A stretch of DNA of 64,000 nucleotides, from the NCBI GenBank assembly GCA_963666285.1, contig OY762711.1. The stretch is one strand, 5' to 3'. The translations under genes and the position numbers were made by a program. Positions within the stretch are counted from its first letter, which is position 1, and each line of letters begins with the position of its first letter. The DNA comes from Sedimentisphaerales bacterium (GTDB lineage: Bacteria; Planctomycetota; Phycisphaerae; Sedimentisphaerales; SM23-30). Shown here piece by piece: positions 1 through 10,254 of this stretch. A model generated the notes under the pieces. That model searched no databases and had not been told where the DNA came from. It was given only the letters and a program-made list of their open reading frames with translations.

Positions 1-2
1 GT

Positions 3-284
3 GATAGTCACTCCAGTCATTTATCCGGCATAAAACATCCTGTCGATGGAGGTTTATTTGCTATTGATCAAGGTAAATGTCGATGTGATATCTGTGTTGA
101 TGTTCCTCTGGATAATTCTGAGATGCTGCCGGGTAGCGATTTAAATTTATCTGCATATTTCGCATTTTTGTCTGATTCGGTGGCCTTTAGTGAAATAATT
201 GATATGTTTCCGACACCTATAACCCGCGATTCATCCGAATTGCGGTTCCATTTTCCTTTAAGTACTGTCATTATGCGCAATTGA
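3..284 (+). CDS. 3' part of a small Cys/His-containing protein upstream of the czc operon (5' end outside window)
   Basis: Frame starting at nt 3 is open to TGA 282-284: DSHSSHLSGIKH...KCRCDICVDVPL...FPLSTVIMRN*. The CxxCxDxP motif and hydrophobic LSTVIM tail resemble small proteins that precede czcCBA-type operons. Not in the ORF track because the start is missing. Confidence 0.6.
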   Translation, partial: DSHSSHLSGIKHPVDGGLFAIDQGKCRCDICVDVPLDNSEMLPGSDLNLSAYFAFLSDSVAFSEIIDMFPTPITRDSSELRFHFPLSTVIMRN

Positions 285-440
285 TAGTACCCTCTTTTTT
301 TCAATCTACTTTTTATAATTTGCGGTCACAGTCTGCTATTCTGTTCAATTAATGCATTTATGCGTATATTTGGAATGGTTTAGACGGCTTTGGGCTGCAT
401 AAAGGGAATTACTTTAGATATTTGTATCAGAGGAGATTTT

Positions 441-1688
441 ATGTCTCGATTATTAATTGTTTGCCTGGTATTACTTACCGGTTCTCTTTTTGCGAATGAC
501 AATATATCAGGTTTTACCGAGCCTGGCGGTGAGCTTACACTTAAAAATGCTGTTGCTGCGACATTGCTTGGCAGTCCTCAATTACATGCCTATAGCAGCG
601 AAATACGTTCGGCACGTGCCAGGCAGTTACAGGCCGGGCTAACCGCTGACCCGGAGCTGGAATTTGAGTTTGATGAGTTTGGCGGCAATAAATCATTTAG
701 CGGACTTGATTCGATGGAAACCACTCTCAAACTGAGCCAGATAATTCAGTTTGGAGATAAGGTTGCGATCCGTGAAAAGGTATATTCTTATGATACTCTC
801 CTGGCGGAGCTGGAATATGCGTCTAAAGAGCTTGATATATGTAAAGAAGTTGCAGACAGTTTTATAAAACTGCTGGTTGTTCAGAAAAAAATCGAATTGG
901 CTGGTGAACAGGTTCAAATATGTAAAAAGATGGCTGATATGATTGATAAGCGGGTGCAAGCTGGAAAGACCGGTCCGCTTGACTATATGAAGGCAAAGAT
1001 GTTGCTGGCAAAGGCCGGGTTGGTTGAAAAACAGATTGTCGTGCATAAGGAATATCTGAGAAAGAAACTCGCATCACTCTGGGGCAGTCAGGAACCCCAA
1101 TTCGGCAGGTTGGCAGGTGATCTGGAAGAGTATAATAATGTGCCTCCGATTGCTGAGTTGGAAAAGATAATTGCCAATAATCCTGATATTAACCAATGGG
1201 CAGTAGAAATCCAGAAACGGCAGGCAAAGGCTGAACTGGCCAGGTCCCAGACCAGTCCGGATATAAAATTAAGCGGCGGAGTTAAATATTTTAACGAATC
1301 TGATGGGACGGCATTTGTTGTTGGGATAGGAATACCGCTAAGAAAACCGGTTCGTAATCGCCAGTTGGAATTAGAAGCCAGGCATGACCTCGAAACTGCT
1401 TCGCAGCAGCAGCGGAGCAACTATCTGCTTGTCTGGGGTGAGTTGAACAGGCTGCATAGTGAGTTGGCTAGTTCTTATGAGAAAGTGACAGTTATAAAGT
1501 CTGAGATTCTTAGTACGGCAAAGGAATTGTTTGAGGCGACAATGCTTTCGTATGAACAGGGTAAAGTGGATTATTTGTATTTACTGGATTCTCAGAGAAG
1601 TTACTTCTCTGTACAGGAGGAATATCTTGATGCTCTGGCAGAATACCATCTGAAAATGAATGAACTAGACAGGATAGCAGGCAATTAA
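441..1688 (+). CDS. czcC: TolC/CzcC-family outer-membrane efflux channel
   Basis: ATG 441 follows AGGAG. Signal peptide, two OEP-like repeats (LTLKNAVAATL..., SYEQGKVDYLYLLDSQR). First gene of a C-B-A cluster. Confidence 0.85.
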   Translation: MSRLLIVCLVLLTGSLFANDNISGFTEPGGELTLKNAVAATLLGSPQLHAYSSEIRSARARQLQAGLTADPELEFEFDEFGGNKSFSGLDSMETTLKLSQIIQFGDKVAIREKVYSYDTLLAELEYASKELDICKEVADSFIKLLVVQKKIELAGEQVQICKKMADMIDKRVQAGKTGPLDYMKAKMLLAKAGLVEKQIVVHKEYLRKKLASLWGSQEPQFGRLAGDLEEYNNVPPIAELEKIIANNPDINQWAVEIQKRQAKAELARSQTSPDIKLSGGVKYFNESDGTAFVVGIGIPLRKPVRNRQLELEARHDLETASQQQRSNYLLVWGELNRLHSELASSYEKVTVIKSEILSTAKELFEATMLSYEQGKVDYLYLLDSQRSYFSVQEEYLDALAEYHLKMNELDRIAGN

Positions 1689-1719
1689 AATTTGTAATGA
1701 AAATATATTGAGGTTTTAT

Positions 1720-3426
1720 ATGAGAAATAAAATAATATTATTAATGAGTTTATGTGTGGTATCGGTAACGCTGTTAATTATGGTTGTGGTGCCGTTAACA
1801 GCGGCTGAGGAAGTATGCAGCGAATGCAATACTTGTGCCGGAGTTGAGACACAGGATGCCCATTCTCATGATGAAGAGCTTGAGTCTGTGCATGATGGGC
1901 ATGTTGGCGAATATTCTGTTCATGAACTAGAAGCAGAGTCAACTGAAGGTCATGATGGACATGAGCATGAAGATTCAACTGGCGAAGATCACGCTGGTCA
2001 TGAAGAAGGTGCTATTCATTTAACTGCAGATGAAATTAAACTTATAGGAATTCAAGTTGTTGAAGTGGCCAAAGGTGAGATTCCCGAGTCTGCTAAATTA
2101 ACAGGTCAGGTGCAATTGAATGATGACAGGCTTGCGCATATCTCGGCATTGACGCCCGGCATTGTGCGACAGGTAAACAAAAGTACCGGTGACTCAGTTT
2201 CAGCAGGTGAGGTTTTGGCCTGGCTGGAAAGTGTTGAACTTGGACAGGCGAAGGTTGAGTACCTTGATATACTGGCAGAAGTCGGATGTTGTAAAACTCT
2301 ACTCGATAGAGCGCAAAATGTTAAAGACAATACAATAAAACTGATAGGTTTTCTGCGAACAAAGCCGACTTTGGATGAGTTAAAGAGTTTTGAGCCTTTA
2401 GAGATGGGTGAATATCGCAGTAAACTGGTTAAATCTTATGCAGAGTTTATTCTGGCCGGCAATGTATATGACAGGGAAAAAAAGTTGTTTAATCAGAAAA
2501 TATCCAGTCAGCAGGAATACCTGGATGCAGAAAATGCTCTAAAAAAAGCTGAGGCTGAGTATATCGCGGTCCAGGATATCTCTGAATTCCAGGTTAAGCA
2601 GGACTTGCTGGAAGAAGCGACCAATGCCCAAAGGATGGAGTTGGCTTTGAAGGGTGCCGAACGAAAACTTTACGTTTTAGGCCAGGATAAAAACGATATT
2701 AAAGGCCTGGTTCTTACAAGTTTGGTAAGCCGGGAAAATGAGGAATTTGACACATCCTGCCCTGATCCTGATTGTGAAGAATGTAAAAAGAAAGCTGCAT
2801 TGGTAAACAGCAGCAAGAAGCCGGCCATTTTTGAGCGGTTAGGCTGGTATCCGCTGCGTGCTCCTTTTGATGGTACAATAATAGAGAAGCATATTACTCT
2901 TGGCGAAAGGCTTGGTGAAGACCGATCAGCCTTTACTGTTGCTGATCTTAAGACCGTTTGGATTGACCTGGATGTATTTCCTAACGATCAGGCAAAAATA
3001 TTTAAAGGGCAAAAATGCCTGATAAATACCAATGGCAAAAGCTATCAGGGTAGTATAAGTTTCGTCAGCCCGGTACTTAACGCAAAAACACGAACTGCGA
3101 CTGCCAGGGTGGTAATCGGAAATAACGATTACGGCTTGAGACCAGGTCAGTTTGTTAATGCAGAAATTTATGGAGATACAGTTAAATATGACAGGGTGGT
3201 CCCCAGGGCGGCTGTGCAGACTGTTGCAGGCAGACAGGTGGTTTTTGTTAGTGATGGCGAAGATTATGAAATGAAGCCTGTTATCCTGGGTTATGGTAAC
3301 AGCCGGTTTGTTGAGATTGTTTCTGGTGTCAACTCAGGAGAGAAGGTAGTTTCCCAGGGGGCATTTGACCTGAAGGCTAAAGTTGTCACCAGTACTCTCG
3401 ATAGTCATGCCGGACATGGACACTAA
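1720..3426 (+). CDS. czcB: Heavy-metal RND periplasmic adaptor (CzcB/CusB family) with His-rich N-terminus and Cys-rich inserts
   Basis: N-terminal TM, His/Glu-rich linker, lipoyl-like halves (GDSVSAGEVL; LRAPFDGTIIEK), TRTATARV and LRPGQFV motifs, C-terminal HAGHGH. ATG 1720 follows GAGG. Confidence 0.85.
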   Translation: MRNKIILLMSLCVVSVTLLIMVVVPLTAAEEVCSECNTCAGVETQDAHSHDEELESVHDGHVGEYSVHELEAESTEGHDGHEHEDSTGEDHAGHEEGAIHLTADEIKLIGIQVVEVAKGEIPESAKLTGQVQLNDDRLAHISALTPGIVRQVNKSTGDSVSAGEVLAWLESVELGQAKVEYLDILAEVGCCKTLLDRAQNVKDNTIKLIGFLRTKPTLDELKSFEPLEMGEYRSKLVKSYAEFILAGNVYDREKKLFNQKISSQQEYLDAENALKKAEAEYIAVQDISEFQVKQDLLEEATNAQRMELALKGAERKLYVLGQDKNDIKGLVLTSLVSRENEEFDTSCPDPDCEECKKKAALVNSSKKPAIFERLGWYPLRAPFDGTIIEKHITLGERLGEDRSAFTVADLKTVWIDLDVFPNDQAKIFKGQKCLINTNGKSYQGSISFVSPVLNAKTRTATARVVIGNNDYGLRPGQFVNAEIYGDTVKYDRVVPRAAVQTVAGRQVVFVSDGEDYEMKPVILGYGNSRFVEIVSGVNSGEKVVSQGAFDLKAKVVTSTLDSHAGHGH

Positions 3427-3524
3427 TACAGGTTATCCGTAACTGATTCTATCTGATATGAAAATTATATAGGTATAATATGGACCGTCATATACAGAAC
3501 CACATAATATAAAGGTAAAATGCA

Positions 3525-6500
3525 ATGCATGTTAAATTGATAAATGTTTCAGTAAAGTATCGTCTTTTGGTTTTGCTGGCGATATTGTTTGTTACTTCTT
3601 TTGGCGTTTACGAATATAAACAGCTGCCCGTAGGTGCGTTTCCGGACATTTCTCCGGTAATGGTGCCAATATTTACAGAGGCTGATGGAATGGCACCGGA
3701 AGAAATAGAGCGACTGATCAGTTTTCCGATAGAATCTGTTATGAATGGACTTCCGAGAGTTGAACAGGTAAAATCTACCTCTGCTTTTGGCATGTCGGTG
3801 GTATATGTATATTTCAAAGATAATACTGATCTCTATTTTGCCCGACAGATAGTGGATGAGCGTCTGAACGAAGCTATGGCAAAAATGCCGAATCTGGTGG
3901 ATAAGCCCAAACTTGGGCCTGTTTCTACCGGTTTAGGCCAGATATTTATCTATTATCTTGAGGCTGATGATTCCGTTGACACAGAAGGTAAAGATAAATT
4001 AAGCTACCTTAGAGACCTTAACGACTGGGTTGTTAAATATCAGTTGCAAATGGTCAAAGGTGTAACTGATATTTTGAGTGTGGGCGGTTATGTTTTGCAA
4101 TATCAGGTTGATATAAATCCTAACCTGCTTATGCAGTACGAGCTGACTTTACAGGATGTTGTAGAGGCGATAAATTCTAACAATGCCAATGTTGGCGGTC
4201 AGTATATTGTCTCCGGCCAGGAAGAGAACCTGGTTCGCGGTATTGGCCTGGTAAAAAGCAGGGAAGATATCGGGGCAATAACAATACGAACATATAATGG
4301 TACGCCCGTTCGAATCAGTGATGTAGCTGAAGTTAAATTTGGTAGGGAAATCAGGCGCGGGGTAGTATCCCGTAATGGAGAACAGGAGGTAGTCTCTGGC
4401 ATTGTTATGCAGCTATACGGCGAAAACACATCTGAAGTTATTGAAAGATTGTATGATATAGTGCCTTTAGTTCAGGCATCGCTGCCCGATGGGGTGAAAA
4501 TTGTTCCTTATTATGAACAGCAGGAGCTGGTCCAGAAAGCGACACATACTGTTAAGACGGCTCTTCTGCAGGGTGCTGTGCTGGCAGCGATAGTGCTGTT
4601 CCTTTTCCTGGGGAATTTACGGACCGCTCTCGTGGTAGTGTTTGCTTTACCGTTCAGCTCGCTTATTGCGATTATCCTTATGCGTGCAGCGGGGATATCG
4701 GCTAATCTTATGTCGCTGGGCGGGGTAGCGATAGCGATGGGTATGCTTGTTGATGGTGCTATTGTCATGGCCGAAAATATATTTCGTCATTTGAATACAA
4801 ATGACCAGGATGATCTGAGGCATAGAACTGATATTATAATGGAAGCAGCGGTTGAAGTTGCCAAACCCATTATATTTGCATTGTTAATTGTGGTTGTTGT
4901 CTTTGTTCCTATCCTGACATTAGAAGGAGTTGAAGGTAAGATGTTTATTCCAATGGCCCAGACACTTTGTTTTGGCCTGTTGGGCTCATTGATATTTGCT
5001 GTTTTGATTGTTCCGCCTCTTTGCAGCTATTTACTTCATACTGGTGTTCATAAAGAGTTTTTTCTTTTTAGCTGGCTGAAAAAGCAGCATGATCCGCTAT
5101 TGTATTTTGCCGTAAAGCGCCCACTGGTCGTACTGTTGCTGGTGATAGGACTGATTGCTGTTAGTTGTGTTATGCTGCCAAATATCGGTACCGAATTTAT
5201 CCCGACTTTGGAAGAAGGTTCGATAATGATTGGTGTTACGATGGCACCTGGTATATCACTTGATAAAGCTGTTGATACTATTCAGCGTTTGGAACGCAGT
5301 ATAACTGAGTTTGATGAAGTAGAAGAGGTCGTCTCACGTATCGGAAGACCCGAGGCAGGCAGTCATCCGCATCCTGTGAATTATGCCGAGGTACATATCG
5401 AGCTGCTTCCGCAGAATCAATGGCAGTCAACCGGTTCCAAGGCTGAACTTATTGAAAAGATCGAGGCGAAACTCAAACATTATCCCGGTTTGCAGCTTAA
5501 TTTTACTCAGCCTATCCAGAATGCTTTTGATGAGCTGCTTAGCGGTGTCAAAGCCCAGGTTGCGATCAAGGTTTATGGTGAAGATCTTGACATTTTACAG
5601 AAAAAAGCTGCTGAGATCAAAAACACTATCGACAATATTGAAGGGTTGGCAGATTTGTCTCTGGAACAAAGCAACGGGCAGCCCCAGGTGCAGGTCATTG
5701 CAGATCGACAGGCTTGTGCAAGGTATGGAGTCAATATAAGTGAAATTCTTGAACTGGTAGAAGCTGCTGTCGGTGGTAAGGTGGTTGATAATGTTTATCT
5801 CAATACCAGGAGGTATGGTATACAGGTGCGATATCAGCAGCAGTTTAGAGATGACATTGAACAGATCAGTAACCTGATGGTAAATACTTCCGATGGCAGC
5901 CGTGTGCCTTTGAGCCATGTTGCCGAGGTCAAAAAAACGCTGGGTCCGATTCAAATAAATCGTGAGAATAACCAGCGCCGCTGGGTTATACAAGGTAATA
6001 TTCGCAACCGGGATCTGGGTAGTGTTGTAGCCGAGATCAAAGATCGAATAGCTGAAAAAATTGAACTGCCGGCCGGCTATCATGTTGAATACGGCGGCCA
6101 GTTTGAAAGTCAGGTGAGGGCAATGACACGGCTGGCAGTTATTATACCAGTTGTTATATTTATGATTTTCTTTATGCTGTTTCTTGCGTTTGGCTCAGTA
6201 AAAAGTTCATTGCTGGTAATGATAAATATTCCGCTTGCTCTGATTGGCGGTGTTTTTGGTTTGTACCTTATGGGAGAATATTTATCAGTACCTGCGGCAG
6301 TTGGTTTTATCGCTCTTTTTGGAATTGCTATCCAGGACAGTATGGTTCTTGTAACTTGTATTGGCCAGTTGTCGGAAAGTATGAATCTTCGTGATGCTGT
6401 TATCAACGGCTGCCATCAAAGGTTCAGGCCGGTTGTTATGACTTCAATTACGACGGTTCTTGGACTTATGCCGTTGCTGCTGGCCAGTGGTATTGGTGCA

Positions 6501-6611
6501 GAAGTGCAAAGACCATTAGCTGTTGTGGTAGTATTTGGCCTGATATCATCAACCTTCCTGACATTATTTGTTATCCCGTCATTTTATAATGTAATAATGA
6601 AAGAGAAATGA
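3525..6611 (+). CDS. czcA: CusA/CzcA-family heavy-metal efflux RND permease
   Basis: 1028 aa with AFPDISPVMV, APEEIERLISFPIE, NLMSLGGVAIAMGMLVDGAIVMAENI, GVEGKMFIPMA, RFRPVVMT and GAEVQRPLAVVV motifs. Confidence 0.93.
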   Translation: MHVKLINVSVKYRLLVLLAILFVTSFGVYEYKQLPVGAFPDISPVMVPIFTEADGMAPEEIERLISFPIESVMNGLPRVEQVKSTSAFGMSVVYVYFKDNTDLYFARQIVDERLNEAMAKMPNLVDKPKLGPVSTGLGQIFIYYLEADDSVDTEGKDKLSYLRDLNDWVVKYQLQMVKGVTDILSVGGYVLQYQVDINPNLLMQYELTLQDVVEAINSNNANVGGQYIVSGQEENLVRGIGLVKSREDIGAITIRTYNGTPVRISDVAEVKFGREIRRGVVSRNGEQEVVSGIVMQLYGENTSEVIERLYDIVPLVQASLPDGVKIVPYYEQQELVQKATHTVKTALLQGAVLAAIVLFLFLGNLRTALVVVFALPFSSLIAIILMRAAGISANLMSLGGVAIAMGMLVDGAIVMAENIFRHLNTNDQDDLRHRTDIIMEAAVEVAKPIIFALLIVVVVFVPILTLEGVEGKMFIPMAQTLCFGLLGSLIFAVLIVPPLCSYLLHTGVHKEFFLFSWLKKQHDPLLYFAVKRPLVVLLLVIGLIAVSCVMLPNIGTEFIPTLEEGSIMIGVTMAPGISLDKAVDTIQRLERSITEFDEVEEVVSRIGRPEAGSHPHPVNYAEVHIELLPQNQWQSTGSKAELIEKIEAKLKHYPGLQLNFTQPIQNAFDELLSGVKAQVAIKVYGEDLDILQKKAAEIKNTIDNIEGLADLSLEQSNGQPQVQVIADRQACARYGVNISEILELVEAAVGGKVVDNVYLNTRRYGIQVRYQQQFRDDIEQISNLMVNTSDGSRVPLSHVAEVKKTLGPIQINRENNQRRWVIQGNIRNRDLGSVVAEIKDRIAEKIELPAGYHVEYGGQFESQVRAMTRLAVIIPVVIFMIFFMLFLAFGSVKSSLLVMINIPLALIGGVFGLYLMGEYLSVPAAVGFIALFGIAIQDSMVLVTCIGQLSESMNLRDAVINGCHQRFRPVVMTSITTVLGLMPLLLASGIGAEVQRPLAVVVVFGLISSTFLTLFVIPSFYNVIMKEK

Positions 6612-6613
6612 TA

Positions 6614-9202
6614 TCAGTTAACCGGTATGCCGAGAAATTCGTAACTTAGCTTATTTTGCAGAGCTGATACCGTATTAAGCGAGTCCCGAAGTTTCTGACA
6701 TTCTGCCGCAGTTAGTTTGTCCAGCTCAAGTTCGTCATTGACCTCGCGCAGGTCGGAATGGCATATAATCTGGTTATAGAAACGCAGATACCATAAGTGG
6801 TCAAATACCAGGATATTATCTTTTAATGATTCACTGGAGAGTATTTCCTTTTCAGCCAGCATATTTAAACGATCCAGTGTGGATGGTTTACCGATATTAT
6901 ATTTTAATGCAAAGATACGGGCAAAATTAACGATCGGAACAATACAGTCTTTCAGGTTCAGACTTTTTACACCATCCTGGGTTTCTGTTTTCAAATAGCC
7001 AAAGGCATTTAGTGGTATATCGTAGCTTAAGCAGTTGCGTGCCATATGGAGATAGAATTCCGGGTTTTCTCGCGTAATTTCCATCATATGCCTGTGCAGC
7101 TCGTTTGTAAGTTCTTCACTGCCGTAAATACAGCTGATGTCAAAGAATGTATGAATATCCAGAACAGACTCATCAAACTTCTGGATTGTCTTATGGGTGA
7201 ATTTATCTTTCCATTCAGAAAGAGTCATACACCACCTCGGGTTAATTGCCATTATACCACCTGGACAGAATTTATACCCGGCCCGGTCAAGCATAGTACA
7301 GACTCTGTCTGCGAGCTTAAGGAAATATCGCTTTACTGAAGTTGTATCATCACTATTGATATCTTTAATGATTATTGCATTATCCTGGTCAGAGAACATT
7401 GTCATTTCACGGCGAGCGTTACTGCCTAGTGTAAGGAATGCAAATTCAGCTGGTGGTTCTCCAATCTCGTCTATTGCCATTTTTATCAGTTTGACCATTG
7501 CAGTTTCAAATATCTTGCAAAGCGAGTCGCGAATTGCCGATGATTTAACTCCGTGGAGAGTCATCTCCCGTACCATTGCCGGAATATTGCTTAGCGAATG
7601 GACAATATGTCCTATCGTGTCACCAGATTCAATTTCCAGCTGTATACCTGCCGGCAGTTCACTATAGTTCTGGATCTGCTGGTAAAGCTTGCCGTCATTA
7701 TCAAGGGTTGCCCTGGTGATTTTTCTTACTGATATAACATGTCCGTTTTTTTCGGATAGAAATATCTTGGATGCTGCCATTATAACATCAGTTTTAATAC
7801 CGGTTTTTGTCAGCAGCTGAGCTTCAAATTCTGCCGCTGATATGTCACCTGCAATGATTTTTTCCAGCTGGCCGATAGCATTTTTATTAATCCTGTTATT
7901 GGCCGGCAGGAGTTCCTTCCATATTGCTACCGATGCCAGTTCCTGTTCATTGTAGCCGGTCATTCTTTGTAATGTGATATTGGAATACATGTTTTTACCA
8001 TCGACAAGCAGGATATATCCTTCGTTCGACGCTTCCACAAGAGCTCGATACCTGTCCTTGGCTTCAATAAGGCCGCGTTCGGCATAAATTCGTTCGTTTT
8101 CTATTTTATAGCTTTGCGAGATTACATATAAAATGATGGCAAATAATACTATCGATATTAACAGGAACACCCAGAGCAGGTCGTAGGTCAGCCCTTGTAT
8201 TTCAGCTTCGACATCATGGATATATATACCTGTTCCTACTATCCAGTTCCATTCTGGAACCAGTCGTACATAAGATAATTTTGGCTCATGATGCTTTTCA
8301 TCGTCTTTCCATTGCCAGAGATATCTTAGATATCCTTCTCCGCCTTGCTCTTCAACTATTTTTACAAACTCAACAAATAACTTCTTTTTACTTTTGTCTT
8401 TTATATCAACGTAGTTTGTTAAATCTGCTCCGTTAAGTTCGGGAAGGTAGGGGTGCATGACCATTCGTGGGTGAGTGTCAGTTATCCAAAAATAGTCTTT
8501 GAGTTCCGGCCCGTACCGCATTTCGCCAACTTCTCTTGCTGCGGTTTGCTGAGCCTCCTCAAGCGTCATTTTACCGCTTTTACTTAATTTGATATAGTGC
8601 TCAATTACGCTGTCTGCTGCCAGGGTGAGCTCTTTTATCATCACCTTCCGGTCTTGCAGCATCTTATTCTGAAATACTGGTATGATCAGGGTAAAGATTG
8701 ATATGATAAACAGGGCGGTAGCAGTGAGAGTAGGAAGTACTATTTTAAGGTGGAAGCTTGTAAGATTTTTTTGATTTTTCTGTTTTTTCTTTTGATAGTA
8801 TTCTTTTCCCTTAAAATACTCTGCAAGCTCTACTTCGCTCAGTATTTGTTCCTGGGCAGATTTTTCTTCGCTTTCATGGTATTTTTCAGTAAAGGTTCCA
8901 TTTTTGAAATCATCTCGGCTTGGCAGATAGCCGTTGTAGTCGTCTTTAAGATGACATTCAAAAACGTTTTTTATGAGCTTTCGACTGTATTTTCCTTCAA
9001 ACTCATTATATGCATCTTCTAAAGCTTCTTTGCAATGACGGAACTTTCGATGTTCGTAAGGGTCATAGCTGTCTGTGTTGCCAGATCGTAGAAACTGTCC
9101 GAAGCTTTCATGGTCAAAGAAACCATCTATCCATTTATGGATATCTTCCGCTCTTGTGCCAAATAGCTTTTCTGTTCGTTCAGCATGTTCAGATATTTTC
9201 AT
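6614..9202 (-). CDS. Membrane sensor-nucleotidyltransferase: His-rich N-terminal domain + TM + single Cache + TM + PAS + DUF294/DUF294_C nucleotidyltransferase
   Basis: Cache motifs (RYG...YFWITD..PRMVMHPY.PEL.G; PKLSYVRLVPEWNWIVGTGIYIHDV), PAS (RYRALVEASNEG), pol-beta-type NTase motif GSNARREMTMFSDQDNA, CPGGIMAINPRWC, and C-terminal LNLK...PIVNFARIFAL...STLDRL. Confidence 0.8.
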   Translation of the reverse strand: MKISEHAERTEKLFGTRAEDIHKWIDGFFDHESFGQFLRSGNTDSYDPYEHRKFRHCKEALEDAYNEFEGKYSRKLIKNVFECHLKDDYNGYLPSRDDFKNGTFTEKYHESEEKSAQEQILSEVELAEYFKGKEYYQKKKQKNQKNLTSFHLKIVLPTLTATALFIISIFTLIIPVFQNKMLQDRKVMIKELTLAADSVIEHYIKLSKSGKMTLEEAQQTAAREVGEMRYGPELKDYFWITDTHPRMVMHPYLPELNGADLTNYVDIKDKSKKKLFVEFVKIVEEQGGEGYLRYLWQWKDDEKHHEPKLSYVRLVPEWNWIVGTGIYIHDVEAEIQGLTYDLLWVFLLISIVLFAIILYVISQSYKIENERIYAERGLIEAKDRYRALVEASNEGYILLVDGKNMYSNITLQRMTGYNEQELASVAIWKELLPANNRINKNAIGQLEKIIAGDISAAEFEAQLLTKTGIKTDVIMAASKIFLSEKNGHVISVRKITRATLDNDGKLYQQIQNYSELPAGIQLEIESGDTIGHIVHSLSNIPAMVREMTLHGVKSSAIRDSLCKIFETAMVKLIKMAIDEIGEPPAEFAFLTLGSNARREMTMFSDQDNAIIIKDINSDDTTSVKRYFLKLADRVCTMLDRAGYKFCPGGIMAINPRWCMTLSEWKDKFTHKTIQKFDESVLDIHTFFDISCIYGSEELTNELHRHMMEITRENPEFYLHMARNCLSYDIPLNAFGYLKTETQDGVKSLNLKDCIVPIVNFARIFALKYNIGKPSTLDRLNMLAEKEILSSESLKDNILVFDHLWYLRFYNQIICHSDLREVNDELELDKLTAAECQKLRDSLNTVSALQNKLSYEFLGIPVN

Positions 9203-9337
9203 ATACTAACCGTTGAGCAAAAATGCCCAGAAAAGTGCATAATTTAGACGTTTATAAATGCCGGACTTAATTTCAAAGTATTCACATACCCTATTATCGG
9301 GATGATATGGCTTTGTCAGGATTTTTTGAGATTATTA

Positions 9338-10039
9338 TCATCTCACCAGAAAGTCTTTAAGGATTTCCAGCATTATTTTACTGTCTGGTAGAACTTTAAG
9401 CGATTCAATGGCTTTTCTGGCTACTTCTTCTCCAAAATGCGCAGAATGTTTTTTGATCAATTTATGGGTAAAATTGGTGTTAAATTCCGGATGAGCCTGC
9501 AAACCAAGAATGTTATTCCCAACCGATATCATTGCATTGGGGCAGTGGTCGGCCTGAGCCAGAACTTTAGCCTCCGATGGCAGGATCGTAACCTGATCGG
9601 CATGGCTGAAGTGTAAATGCAGATTACTCGGCACAGGATCTGTAAACAGATGCCGGTTAAGGTGGAGGTTCAGACAGCCAATCCCCCATCCGCCCGGGGC
9701 CTTTTCTACTTTGCCTCCCAATGCTTTTCCGATCATCTGGTGGCCGAAACATATACCAATAAGCTTGCTTTCGCCATTATTATAGATATCCTGGATGAAA
9801 TTTCCCAGGTCATATATCCATAAGTCTGGATCGTAAGCACTGTTGTAAGAACCCATTACGGCATAGCCGGTGAAATCAGAAACCGAGGATGGTAAGTCTC
9901 CCCGTTTACAGTCAAATATCTCATATTCCGGCTTAAATCCAATAGAATTAAAGCTTTCGATCATCATTTCGCCAAATTCTGGTTCATTGTCCAGAGTTTC
10001 TGATACGTGTTCGCAATCTAGGATAGCTAGTCTTTTCAT
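9338..10039 (-). CDS. Class I glutamine amidotransferase (GMP-synthase-like, standalone)
   Basis: Catalytic triad motifs GICFGHQ and QAHPEF. Confidence 0.88.
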   Translation of the reverse strand: MKRLAILDCEHVSETLDNEPEFGEMMIESFNSIGFKPEYEIFDCKRGDLPSSVSDFTGYAVMGSYNSAYDPDLWIYDLGNFIQDIYNNGESKLIGICFGHQMIGKALGGKVEKAPGGWGIGCLNLHLNRHLFTDPVPSNLHLHFSHADQVTILPSEAKVLAQADHCPNAMISVGNNILGLQAHPEFNTNFTHKLIKKHSAHFGEEVARKAIESLKVLPDSKIMLEILKDFLVR

Positions 10040-10254
10040 TTTGTTTCTTTTATTGGGTTAATATGTCAAATAATAAATTTATATGTTAGATTCTAGCATT
10101 AAAATGCAGTTGGGTAAATATTTATACATTGCTTTTTTTGTCTAAAATTAGAATGTTAACTTGTTAATTTTATTATTTTTTTGTAACCTTTAGTTTTCTC
10201 ATGCGTCTAATATATTACTTGTTGTATTTTACTTATACGCTTTCATGGAATCTT

